From contig NC_043008.1 in the NCBI RefSeq assembly GCF_006345805.1, positions 15,190,001 through 15,254,000 of the forward strand: 64,000 nucleotides of DNA. Reading direction: 5' to 3'. How positions within the stretch are numbered: position 1 is the stretch's first letter; every line of letters starts with the position of its first letter. Below are positions 1 to 12,577 of this stretch, piece by piece. The translations under genes and the position numbers were made by a program. Below the pieces are notes generated by a model, which saw nothing but the letters and a program-made list of their open reading frames with translations, did not search any database and was not told where the DNA came from. Source of the DNA: Octopus sinensis (taxonomy: Eukaryota).

Positions 1-635
1 AATTAAGGAACTCAGGGGTTTAGTGGTCGGATTAGTTGAAATTTCGTCAAATGTGTTGTGAATTTTTCCTTGTGCTAAATGTACCTCACCAATTATGAAT
101 TCTTTAATGATTGGAGATGAACAGTTCGACAATGAAAAATATCTATATTTGCAACAATCTAAAATAGCTGTCTTCTACAAAATCAGGGAATAATATCATT
201 CATGTGCAGGACCCCATGCTTGTTCTGTGTATCACATGTTATACAGAAGATATATTTCTTTGGCAACCATGCATAAGATATAATACACGTTCCCAAGTTT
301 TGTTCAACCGCTAAAGTTACTTGGAACTCATAAAAGAATGCTTTATGTTAAGCAGAACGTATGAAAATTCTTTGAGCAAGCACAGGGTTATTAATACTAA
401 AAATAATAAGGAAAGAACTTATTCTGAGACTTCATTCTGCTTAAATAGAAGACATTCGTACAAATATTCACGTTTGGAATATTCATCTACGTCTGATGTG
501 CGAGTAAACAATCTACTGGTAAAGTTGTGTTATTTTCTAAAGTATTTTACTGCGTAAATAGAGGACCATTTCAATTGAGTTTCTTTGAAGTACCATGTTC
601 ATAAATTTACGCTATTATTGTCTTGTATATTTATA

Positions 636-846
636 TACTCTTTTACTTGTTTCAGTCATTTGACTACGGCCATGGTGGAGCACCGCCTTTAGTCGAGCAA
701 ATCGACCCCGGGACTTATTCTGTTTTTTTTGTAAGCCCAGTACTTATTCTATCGGTCTCTTTTTGCCAAACCGCTAAGTGACGGGGACGTAAACACACCA
801 GCATCGGTTGTCAAGCAATGCTAGGGGGACAAACACAGACACACAA

Positions 847-915
<69 letters not shown>

Positions 916-1080
916 GACAGGCTTCTTTCAGTTTCCGTCTACCAAATCCACTCACAAGGCATTGGTCGGCCCGGGGCTATAGCAGAAGACACTTGCCCAA
1001 GATGCCACGCAGGGGACTGAACCCAGAACCATGTGGTTGGTTAGCAAGCTACTTACCACACAGCCACTCCTGCGCCTATA
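636..1080 (-). mobile_element. tRNA-headed SINE, family A (full length, internal TA/TG microsatellite)
   Basis: The minus strand starts GGCGCAGGAGTGGCTGTGTGG (A-box-like) and has GGGTTCAGTCC (B-box-like), an internal (TA)n(TG)n tract and an AAAAGAGT tail. It is near-identical to the copies at 30705, 34309 and 39812. Confidence 0.93.
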
Positions 1081-1199
1081 ATTGAGTATTTGTATATATG
1101 GTAACCTGTGATATATTTGAGACGAATTCAGACGTATGTTTGAAAAGTACTTTCACACCTGACCTTTTCAAGGTTATTTTGGATTATAAATGATATTAA

Positions 1200-1950
1200 T
1201 GTTGAATAATACGAACATATTGTCTGCAAAGTATTATGTAGATGATTTCTGCTGTAAAATATGCGGCACCCATCTTTATTAATGTTGCTGCAAGAATAAA
1301 TGATAATTCCTTCGAAACATAAAGATAGCTAAAAAAATATCTGAATCTCCCTCTCAAAAAAATTGGATCCACAGTTGATGATTTATAAATCAAAGAAATG
1401 TTGCTGCCTTCAACTCAGTTACATATAAAATCATGTATAGCGTCTGGGAAGTTCAGATTCTTACTGTCACAGATTTCCGTTATCTTGGATCTGACAATAA
1501 CAGATAATTGAAAAGCCCAAATTATCATAGAAAGCTGCGCGTAAACTTAAATTTATTTCGAATTGTTCAGTCATAGAAGAATTAAAATGCCACTTTTCAA
1601 AGCTCTCATTTAAAGAGATTTCGTCTATGCTAGTGAAGCCTTGATAATTATAGAAACACAACGAAAAGAAATAAATGCTGGAAATTGCTCACTTATACGA
1701 TTTGCACTTGGAGTTAATTTTCTCTAAGAGAATAATGAACGTCTAAGCAATAGAGTAGACATTCTCAGCTAATAGCATTCAACGTCAATAGGACATGCCT
1801 TGCAATGAAATAATATAACATTGTCTGCTCTGTTCAATGAGGAAAATCAAATTATTGAGATTTATCATGTTGGAGATGCATTTCGAAATATATAGATGCC
1901 GAGAGTTAATAAGGATCTACCAGCCAAATGAAATATTTCATTTTGTCATC
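1200..1950 (+). mobile_element. Decayed RTE-type LINE reverse transcriptase fragment
   Basis: Manual translation across stops and frameshifts gives YVDD, KKIG, VTDFRYLGS, LFKALI..YASEA and a later GH, in the order seen in RTE RT palm/thumb regions. Confidence 0.6.
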
Positions 1951-2064
1951 GGATGACCTCACCACAGATCTCTTACATATGTTTTTGTATCCTACGACAC
2001 ATGACGTCAACTGTAGATCCAATCACTAGCTGCACCCCATGGTGTCGGTATGGTAAGCAACCAC

Positions 2065-2299
2065 TAAAGGCGGCGAGCTGGCAGAAACGTTAGCACGCCG
2101 GGTGAAATGCGTAGCCGTATTTCGTCTGTCGTTACGTTGTGAGTTCAAATTCTGCCGAGGTTGACTTTGCCTTTCATCCTTTCGGGGTCGATAAATTAAG
2201 TACCAGTTCCGCACTGGGGTCGATGTAATCGACTTAATACCTATGTCTGTCCTTGTTTGTCCCCTCTATGTTTAGCCCCTTGTGGGTAATAAAGAAATA
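2065..2299 (+). mobile_element. tRNA-headed SINE, family C (full length, 18-bp TSD)
   Basis: Exact TSD GGTATGGTAAGCAACCAC at 2047-2064 and 2300-2317. B-box-like GAGTTCAAATTC; core GACTTTGCCTTTCATCCTTTCGGGGTCGATAAATTAAGTACCAG shared with other copies in the window. Confidence 0.93.
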
Positions 2300-2636
2300 G
2301 GTATGGTAAGCAACCACATCGTTGGGAAATTGAAATAGAAATACAAGTGAGAGATAAGCTGCAACCAAATTAAACAGCCGGGAGGTACAGGCCAGAGGGG
2401 GAAAGGAAGCTGGAGAGGAGATGGGAGTGGTAGGTTAGGATACCGATGCACATTACTACGTAGTGGATTGGTTTGCTAAGTAAAGGCATTAGCCGCCGGA
2501 CAGAGTATGGGGTCGTAGGGTCGTACGTTGCATTTACTTGACCTCATGAGAGAAGATGGGTGACCAATAAGATAGTAGAACAGCAAAATACACAAACATA
2601 CACAACAAATAAAATAAAGAAATAAACGGCAGCACA

Positions 2637-2639
<3 letters not shown>

Positions 2640-2727
<88 letters not shown>

Positions 2728-2945
2728 ATGTATATATGTATGTATGTATGTACATATGTATGTACGCATTTATGTACGTATGTATGTATGTACGTATGTA
2801 TGTATGTATATATATATATATGTATATATATATGTATATATATATATGTATATATATATATATACAGAGAGAGAGAGAGAGAGAGAGAGATAGATAGATA
2901 TAGATAGAGATATATATACAAGCGTGTGTGTGTGTGTGTGTTTGT
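2640..2945. repeat. Compound microsatellite (CT)n(TA)n(TATG)n(GA)n(GT)n
   Basis: Read directly; explains the overlapping IY-rich ORFs. Confidence 0.97.
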
Positions 2946-3519
2946 GCGTGTCCATCCGTATCTAAACACGAAGAAGAAAAGATGTACCTTGACGGGGTAA
3001 TTAGTTTATTTTCTAGCAAACTCTGTAGTTAACAGTTTTGGAATTCGCTTCTACTGTTCGTACCGTGGAAACGGATTAAGTCCTACTTATCAATCCTATA
3101 TAAAGTATACAGACAACAGGGTGAGAAAATGAGATTCTAGAAACCGCTCCACGTTTGCTTCAGAAGCAGATATAAGAACAACAAAACAGCAGTATACATA
3201 AATATATGTATATGTCTATATAACACGCACTCAGGCGTGCGCGCACAAAGCATACAAAGTAAATAGACTGTTGTAAAGATTTGATACTACCATAGTTTGT
3301 TGCCCGATCATATGCAGTATATACAAAATCTATTGATAAGGAGTTCCTGATTTACGTAGGTTATCTTTCTTACATTCAGCGTGAGGCTGCTTTCTCACGC
3401 GTTCAGAGAAGTGTCATTGAGTGTACTATCAAACTAATATAGCATAATTTTTTTGTAGCCACACGAAACTTTATTATGTAATAACCGCTACCAGACCGGC
3501 CTTGATTGCTTTCTCTTGT

Positions 3520-3657
3520 TGCACACACACACAGACACATACATACACATACACACATATATAAATACACATATGCATGAATATATATATATATATATAT
3601 GAATAAATATATATAAAAATATACATATATGTATATAAATATATATATACATATATA

Positions 3658-3704
<47 letters not shown>

Positions 3705-3775
3705 TATATAGACACATATATATATGCATATTGTATATATATATATACATGCATATATATAATATATATATATAC

Positions 3776-3850
<75 letters not shown>

Positions 3851-4020
3851 GCATATATATATACTCGCCCATATGATTGTGTGTTGACAAAAATGTGATT
3901 GTGTGCGTGTAAGTGTGTGCATGTGTGTATGTTCCGTGTACAAGTAGGTGTGCATGTTTCTTTACACAATCTGAAATAATCCTCACACACACACACACAC
4001 ACACGCTCACATATATACAT
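3520..4020. repeat. Compound (CA)n/(TA)n microsatellite
   Basis: Read directly. Confidence 0.95.
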
Positions 4021-6284
4021 AACACCAAAATATATAAAGCAACGTGTTACCTTGTAGCTAAAAAAAAAAATGTGTAATTTGTTGTCGGGAAAATATTTTC
4101 AATAAAACGTGAAGAACAACAGAAAGAAAATGCAACTAATTTTCTATAATATAACAGGGACAAAGTAATAATTGAAATATAATAATGAAACAGTAAAGTG
4201 TAATTGAGTATGACTGTTTAGTGACATTGAAGACAACTATGGCTGCGTATAATCTCAGCAAGGCGAAGAAATATAAAACAAAATTTCTGTGTTAAGAAAT
4301 CCAGCAGAACGATGCCAGTTTTAATTTAACTGTAAAAGACTAATAAGATTTGATGTAATTGTTAGCACTTCTTAAATAAATTTTCTTTTTATTTCATTTC
4401 ATTATTCTCTTTTAATCTAGTCTTGTCAATTAGTGAGACAAGGACATTGATTGGACGTTTTTGAACTTTGCAGTCAGTATCAATATGATTCACTTCCATG
4501 GATACTGAAATTAGATGAAGCTCGCGAACATATTGATTAAGTTGTAAGAAGATCGGGTGTTAATAAAGATCTGTGTTTCTTTAGCTATATTTGCGCACAT
4601 GATATTGTTGTTGATATTCCAGTGAATAAGTCGGTAATGAATTGATTGTGATTGATGGAAAAATTTACTGAGCCTGTTCATGGGAAAATCAAATGATGTA
4701 CTTTCATTCTTTTGATTAAGTAACAATTTGTGTTGTGTCCCCAAGAGATTCGTAAGGAGATTTAGGTAGAGAATGATTTCCAACCGAGATTTGTTTCGAG
4801 TGACGTTGACATGTTCTACTTTGATTAAAACTCCAACCTCGATACTAACCAAACCGGCAAAACGAAAGAAGAATATACATAAAACACATTTTATTTTTAA
4901 TAAGTTAATACCATAGAATCACTGATTCGTATGTTTAAAGTTCAAAGTGTTTAATCACAGAAGAAAATTTTGAATACGTTTCTCTGACAAAATTCGATGC
5001 TAACTTTTCTTCCCCTACGCAATGGAATAATAAAGAAAGCAAGTGACATATGATACATTCCTTGCATGACCAGCATCTTTTTATAGAGCTGGTACTTGTT
5101 TGATGTGTCTGCAGATTTAAACATAGGAGACTAGGACTACTTTGACACATCCTGTTAACAACGCTTCCAAAATATTACTATTTCATATTTGTACATTCGA
5201 TAGTCAACGTAAGTCTGTCAATAAATGAAACAAGTCCGCATCGATTACGTAGTATGGACATGGAGCTTTAAATGCAGAAACCGCTTCACTGGCTGTGATT
5301 CTCCTCAATAATTCGTACGTTAGGAATTATATTTTTACTGTAACCAGGAGATGAAACTAATCTTAGGATAAAGATAAATGAAGTGTATAAATAAAAGTTA
5401 AGTTACGGAATATCATTATTGTTGAGAGTGTTATTATTTAGAAGAAACTGTTGAGAGTTCTACAGTAATGATTGTGAGCAGCATTTAATTTGAATAATGT
5501 GAACCAGGAGATAGTGATCGGCATTTCAGAAGTGAAACTATTTTAGTGTCATATTGACTGAGACAGATTTCTCTCTCTCTCTCTCTTTCTCTCGTGGAAC
5601 AAGATACAATGATTTTTAATGATCAGTTTCAAATTTTGGCACAATAGCAATAATTTCGGGAGTAGCGGGGGAAGGGGGCAGATTAAATTGATTACATCGA
5701 TCCCAGTGCTCAATTGGTACTCGTGTTATCGAATCTGACATTATTAAAATCAACGCATCACTCGGTCCAGGAATTGAAACCACAATCGTGCAAGGAGCCC
5801 CCTGCCCATCGCCTACACTGCTTTGTATTAAGGTAGACAATAATTATTTGTTGTTTGTGGCTTAGATAAGGCACAATCCGTTTTCTGTTGAAACAAACTG
5901 CCGTTTTTAATCTGTTTGTTCCACGTTGTATACTCTTGATAGCGAACCTAGAATACTCCTGTAAATCCTAGAAGATTCCCGAGAGCATACAGTGGATTTA
6001 TTTTCCGGAAACTACTTCGAACCATTCAAAGGACATTAATTTAACACTGTTTGACAAAATAATACTCAGCAATTCTTTGTTTGAGCCCTGCGGTTCACAG
6101 AAGTAATGCCACTTTCCCTGCATATAGCTTTTGTCCAGAACTAGCTAGATTCAGCTGGATATGGATTCTGCTTTTTAGCATTACCAGAATGCCAACTATT
6201 TGCTCTAGGGCTAGTCAATCTGATATCTTATCGCTTTGTCTTACTTTCGATTATGTTTTGAAACCTCTTATTATTCTAATTATC

Positions 6285-6415
6285 GGTTCCCCCGAAATCG
6301 ACTTTGCCTTTCAACCTTTTGGGATCGATAAAATAAGTACCTGTTAAATACTGGAGTCGATGTAATTGGCTGTCCCCTTCATTCAAAAATTGCTGGGCCT
6401 GTACTAAAATTTTAG
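6285..6415 (+). mobile_element. SINE family C, 3' fragment
   Basis: ATCGACTTTGCCTTTCAACC...GATAAAATAAGTACC...GTCGATGTAAT matches the core of 2065-2299. Confidence 0.8.
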
Positions 6416-6473
6416 AATCAATATTTCAATAATTGAATCGTTTTTATATTGATATTCCAATATATAGATAACA

Positions 6474-6790
6474 GTGAAGGCGCGTTTCTTGGTGTTTAGT
6501 GCAACCGGCTAACAATCATAAAGTTGTGAGTTCGATTCCTTGCGGTGGGTTGTGTCTTTGAGCTTTATTTCACGTTGCTCCAGTTCACTCAGCTGGTAAG
6601 AATGAGTTGTGCCCGTAATTCAAAGACCCAGTCTTGTCACAGTCTGTGCGAAGCTGAATCTCCCTGAGAGCTACATTAAAGGATACGCGTATCTGTGGAA
6701 TGCTCAGCCACTTGCATGTTAATTTCATGTCCAGGCTGTTCCGTTAATCGCTTCAACTGAAACACTGGTTGTCGTAACCGACAGAGTATC
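6474..6790 (+). mobile_element. tRNA-headed SINE, family B (tail type 1), diverged
   Basis: Colinear with 20736-21055: GTGAGTTCGATTCC, TTTATTTCACGTTGCTCCAG, tail ending GTCGTAACCGAC. Confidence 0.88.
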
Positions 6791-8302
6791 AATACATAAA
6801 TAACACTAGTTCAACTTTGATTTTTGGCATCATAGTAGCACGCCCATCATCACCGCTAATTATCCCTTCCACTGTATCTTGTATATTTTTACATTATACA
6901 TAAGCTTCCCTAGCTGCCCCGCTAGAGTAGGACGCTCAGCTTCAGCCAGATTCGATCTTTCAGCCAAACTGAGTGGCTGTCATTTGCCACCGGATGACGA
7001 TTAACGAAACAAAGAAAAGTTTGACAAGCAGTTTTTAACGGTCATAATTGTTATTATCATAATTGTACCTAACATCACAAACTATCCCTTGATCGTTTAA
7101 AAATAACTCTTATCGTAGTTTATTCCTAATTTGCCACAAGCAATCGGTTGATAGACATAGAAACAAAAAATAAGAAAAAAAGAAATTACAAAAAGAAATA
7201 AAAATAAACGTTAAAAGATGCTATACGGCAAAACATTATCAAATCTGCTCACTTCAAATTCTCTGTTCAGTTAAACATTAATGTTTCTTTCTATTTATTT
7301 CTCGTATATTCTTTAAAAACCGGAGTGAAAGAAACAAAAGTGGACAGAATTGAGAATTGTCGAGATTCAGAAATAAACTTAGTCTCAAGGTATACATTTC
7401 TGAATTATAAATTCTGTTTACATCATACGGTAAAAAAGAAAAAATGGAAAAAAAGTTAATGAAATTTACTCTCATGAGCACCGCTAAAAACGAAGTTAGC
7501 ATTTTAGTATGGAAGCCTCCCAATGTACATTCACATAATATAGTTTATCTCAGTATCCTTCTAAATAAAAATACATATCTAAGTTTGTGTTTATTCTACA
7601 CACACATACACACACATTTTTTAGAAGATGTGTCTATTAGATTTTATTGGAAGCGTTATATTTCAAAATGGAAAAAAGAAAGCCCTGCAAGTGATTTTCA
7701 TATCCAAAGCTGCATTTGAAAGTAGAATCCACGCCGGAGTGATAATTTTAATTATATTCTATAGATTTGCTCCGATTATTCTATAGTTTTATAAATAGAA
7801 ATTGTATAGATTTTATTTTGATTCGTTCATCAGATATTCTTCGGCGAAGTTTTTAATCACCAGTGGATGTAAAAATAGCATTAGTTAACCACACGACAGA
7901 CAATAAAATGTATTTAACTTCTAGTTTTCACCTCTTTCATAAAATAATAGATTCTTGCTTGAAACAGAATCTTTTTCTGGAAAACAGTTAATGAGATGTT
8001 GACAACGAATATTCCATGGGACTCTGTGGCCAAAGGAAAGGATAGACTTGTACAGTAATAGCAATTCCGTATTTATTCAATTATTTCTATTTTCATCTTC
8101 ATTAACAGTCAATCGGATTGGTAAGGCGAAATTCCCTACACGCTGTCTACACTTGTCTTATCCTTTAAATACTAGTTGAGTTACACAATACTTTCTAGAA
8201 TTTTCTTGTGACACCACATAATGTATTGCCTTACCTACAGGGCTTGTATATACAAAATACATATTATTCTACTTTATCAAAAAGAATTTAGTGTTGTGGA
8301 TG

Positions 8303-8545
8303 TTTTTTAGTCTTTTACTGGTGTCACTCATTGGGTAGCTGCCACGCGGGATATCGGCTCGAAAGTTTTAAAGGAAGAATTCGGCCCCGGTGTTTGTTTT
8401 TAAGTCTGGTATTTATTCCATCGGTATCTTTTCTGCAGAACTGCTATAGTTGAGGTCACCTAACCGAGATACCGCACAGTGGGACTGAACCCCAAACTAC
8501 GAGTTTAAAAAGCTAACTGCTTATCCACACGGTTATGTCTGCACT
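8303..8545 (-). mobile_element. Diverged, internally deleted family A SINE
   Basis: Retains CAGTGGGACTGAACCC, TATTTATTCCATCGGTATCTTT and a degenerate head. Confidence 0.65.
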
Positions 8546-8852
8546 TTTTGTAATGTTTAAACAGGTTGAAAATAACACGGGGCCATAGATGTAACTTTAT
8601 CTCTTTCTTTTCTCAGTAATTTTTTATTCTTTTGGATGAAATTAAAAGGATTAAACACATTGGAAAATTTGATTGTTCTTGAGATTGTTGTGATTACAAC
8701 TGTTTTCTCAGAAACTAGCCCAGTTATTTTAATTCTTCCCTATATAGGGTATACGACACTGTCATTGAAACCATAAAGAACGGATGTATTTTATGCAGTT
8801 TTAGTACCATAAAATAATTCAGTTACTAACAAATAATTAATTCAATACAAAT

Positions 8853-9228
8853 GGATGGAAGCACTACGTCGGTTACGACGACGAGGGTTCCGGTTGATGC
8901 GATCAACAGAACAGCCTGCTCATGAAATTAACGTGTAAGTGGCTGAGCACTCCACAGACACGTGTACCCTTAACGTAGTTCTCGGGGATATTCAGCGTGA
9001 CACAGAGAGTGACAAGGCCGGTCCTTTGAAATGCAGGTACAACAGAAACAGGAAGTAAGAGTGAGAGAAAGTTGTGGTGAAAGAGTACAGCAGGGATCAC
9101 CACCATCCCCTGCCGGAGCCTCGTGGAGCTTTTGGGTGTTTTCGCTCAATAAACACTCACAAGCCCGGTCTGGGAATCGAAACCGCGATCATACGACCGC
9201 CCTAACCACTGGGCCATTGCGCCTCCAC
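8853..9228 (-). mobile_element. tRNA-headed SINE, B-prime body with family B type-1 tail (12-bp TSD)
   Basis: Exact TSD TTCAATACAAAT at 8841-8852 and 9229-9240. Head GGCGCAATGGCCCAGTGGTTAGGG...GGTTTCGATTCCC. The 3' part matches the tail of 20736-21055. Confidence 0.92.
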
Positions 9229-10019
9229 TTCAATACAAATACCAAGAGCAAGAAGAATGAAATACACTATTATTCCCTGAATTCCTGCGACATTAATGTT
9301 ACTAGATATATGGATATAAAAACTGACTGATTAACATAACGTCACTCACTAACATATATCAAACTGTAGCCTACACACATGCTGCCTCTTCACTCTACAA
9401 CATCTTTTGTTATTACACTAAACTATGCTCATTTCAGCTTGTGTGTATCGACCAGCCTCCACTCCGGCAATTTGGTTTTACCCAGTCCTCATCTCCTTGC
9501 TTACATTGTCCAAATTAAACGCTGCTCACGATCATTACTGTAGAATTTCATTTTCTCTCTTGAAGCGCCGATCCCACTGGATTGCAATGGCTTGCGAAAG
9601 CCATGGGCACTACACCATTTTACAAAACACACCATTTATGATGCTGAAATTTGCTCCTCTTTTTCTCAAATTGAGATCAACTTTTCTAAAGTGTGCCTAG
9701 ATGATAACAACACACATAAAATATAAACTGAACCTACTGAATATTTCTTTACAGAAAGGCGATACCGATATATTGCATGTTTATATATTTGAAAGAAAAC
9801 ATGGTACAGCTTTTTCCACGTATATTTGGAACTTGTGGGACACAAGGTGCATTGTTTTATCTGAAGTATTGCATTATATTAAATCCACAGAAAGTTTTCG
9901 TTCTAAATCGCGTTGATTATAGTATCTCAAGGAAACGGCGGCCATTTTATTTCAGAACCGGACTGAATTCAATACGGAAATTTGTCTCTATTGCCGACAT
10001 TCCACAAAATAAACTTCTC

Positions 10020-10400
10020 CTACCTTTTCCATTTCAGTTATTGTGCCACTGCCATTCTGGGGCATAGCATTAAATAGTTTCAGTCGACAGAATCGGTTAA
10101 ACACCAGCCGAAAAACCAGCAACAGTTGTCAAGCGGGGCTAGGGGAAACAATCGCAAACACGAACACACACACACACACACACACGCGCGCACACACACA
10201 CACATACACACACACACACACACATACACACACGCAAACACACACACACACGCACAATCTTTCAGTTTACATCACCTAAATTCATTCATAAAAACTACCG
10301 AAGGACCGAAGCTCACGCAGTGGGACTGAAGCTGGGTCCATGAGGTCGGGAAGCAAACTTGTTTACCATATCGGCAACAGCATACTGGATGGAACCGTTT
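10020..10400 (-). mobile_element. Diverged family A SINE variant with (CA)n centre
   Basis: TTGTCAAGCGGGGCTAGGGGAAACA, a (CA)n tract and CGCAGTGGGACTGAA match family A landmarks. Confidence 0.75.
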
Positions 10401-10713
10401 CCGTGAAGATTTTGTTTCATATATGAGTGCGTGTGTTTTGGTACGGCTCGGAAAGTAGCCGTTATTGTTTCTAAAGTAACGTTTCAATATCTTTGCTATT
10501 CTTAGCATTTTAATTTTTAATCTGCATTACTACATCTTTTATCTTTCTATAATCCTTTGATCCTTCTTCATAATCTGCAATACTTTAAGGAAACAACACA
10601 CATGTATATTACACGCATGCGTGCACACGCAAAAACTTACATATCCATATATGAACAAGAATGAAAGGACCTCCCAAGCCATAGGCTTATAAACCGGTTG
10701 CTTGGACTCTGTG

Positions 10714-10714
<1 letters not shown>

Positions 10715-10787
<73 letters not shown>

Positions 10788-10816
10788 TTACATATATATA
10801 TATATATATAATATAT

Positions 10817-10889
<73 letters not shown>

Positions 10890-11226
10890 TATGTATATAT
10901 ACATATATACATATATATATATATGTTTATATGTCCACACCACCCCAAACTATGGGAGCGCCGCAAGAATGTTGCTTTTGCAATCTGACTGAGTAGGGGA
11001 AACGCGAAATAAGGTGTTTTGTTCAAGAGCACAACAGATCACCTGATCTGGGTTTCGAAACCCAGATTATAAGTTCAACGCCACTAAGCTACTTGATTCT
11101 ACATATGTTTATATACATATGTGTATGCATATATATATATGTGTGTGTGTGTGTATGTATATATATTCATAAATATATGCATGTATATATATGTATATAT
11201 ACATACATATATATATAATATATATA

Positions 11227-11257
<31 letters not shown>

Positions 11258-11270
11258 ATATTTATGTATA
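10715..11270. repeat. (TA)n arrays flanking a degenerate family B head fragment (about 10990-11095, minus strand)
   Basis: TA arrays read directly. GAAATAAGGTGTTTTGTTCAAGAGCACAAC is the reverse complement of a B-type core. Confidence 0.8.
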
Positions 11271-11639
11271 CCTATTTGTATATTTGTATGTCCTTGTGCG
11301 TATGTCTGTCTTTGTATGTAATATTATATTGGTTTATATTCTTATATTCGTGCACTAGTTTCAATTATTGAACTCTGGCTGACCTAAAGAAGCAACTTTG
11401 AAGATTTTATCAATAATATTGAACCCGTTCTCCTATTTTACTTTACTTTATCAATCTCTATCTGCTCTACGTTATCGAGCAGCTAGTAAGAAGGCGAAAC
11501 AATCAGAGCATAAACTATACGGGGGATTTTAAAACTGGTATAAATAGAAACAAAGGTATGTCACAGAAGCATACTTACAAAAACAATCAGATATTTATAT
11601 CAACAAGGCTGCTGAGAATGTGCTGCATAATTGCTATCT

Positions 11640-11706
11640 ATCTAACCGTCCGTCTGTCTGTCTGTCTGTCTGTCTATTTGTCTGTCTGTCCGACTGCCTT
11701 GTCTAC

Positions 11707-11747
<41 letters not shown>

Positions 11748-11751
11748 CATC

Positions 11752-11794
<43 letters not shown>

Positions 11795-11845
11795 CATCTA
11801 TCCATCCATCATGTATATATCTATCTATCTATCTATCTACCTGTA

Positions 11846-11882
<37 letters not shown>

Positions 11883-11912
11883 GTCTATCTATCTATCTAT
11901 CTTTCTATTTAT
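11640..11912. repeat. (TCTG)n/(TCTA)n tetranucleotide microsatellite
   Basis: Read directly; source of the YLSI-repeat ORFs. Confidence 0.97.
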
Positions 11913-11914
11913 CT

Positions 11915-12394
11915 ACTGTCTACTCCAATTATGAAGACATAGAGGGGATGAAACCAATAAACTGTCTATAGTCTGTTTACCCTATGTGAAAGGCCTCACC
12001 GAAAATATACAAAAGATATTCGGCCCATATGACATTAGGACAGTATTGAAGAGTAATACAACACTTCGCAATTATCTCTTTCTAGTAAAACCACCAATAG
12101 AAGAGAATATGACCAAAAACCACGTGTAGTCCATCCCATACAGCTGTGGTAGGTTATACAAAGGCGAAACATGCTACCCCCACTAAATAAGGGTAGAGGA
12201 ACATCGCAAAGCTGTGACACGAGGAGATATTGATAAATTGGGTATAGCTGACCATGTATGGAAAAATGGAGACCATCTCCCCCCTGTGGGATGAAGTTAA
12301 AATAATAGACAGAGAACACCACTGGAAAATAGGAAAACTACAAGAAGCAGCGCATATGCTAGGACACAACAACCTCCAAAGCAGACCGAGTGCA
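11915..12394 (+). mobile_element. Penelope-like element fragment: RT-thumb linker plus GIY-YIG endonuclease (pseudogenised)
   Basis: One frame reads CLPYVKGLTENIQKIF...HV*SIPYSCGRLYKGETCYPH*IRVEEHRKA...IADHVWKNGDHLPLWDEVKIIDREHHWKIGKLQEA. This matches the Penelope pattern Y-x-I-P-C-x-C-G-x-x-Y-x-G-E-T...R..EH, with two in-frame stops. Confidence 0.88.
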
Positions 12395-12577
12395 GATATA
12401 TATATGTACATATATACGACAGGCTTCTTTCGGTTTCCGTCTACCAAATCCACTCACAAGGACTTGTTCGGCCCGAGGCTATAGTAGAAGACACTTGCCC
12501 AAAGTGCCACGCAGTGGGACTGAACCCATAACCATGTGGTTGGTAAGCAAGCTACTTACCACACAGCCGCTCCTGTA
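12395..12577 (-). mobile_element. Family A SINE, 5' half only
   Basis: Runs from the head to GAAGCCTGTCG and then a short TA tract; the 3' half is replaced by the Penelope fragment. Confidence 0.9.

Noticed and set aside
7444-7719. FN3-like VSILVWKPPN motif
   Set aside because: Only a few residues match; the other FN3 hallmarks and convincing splice sites are missing.
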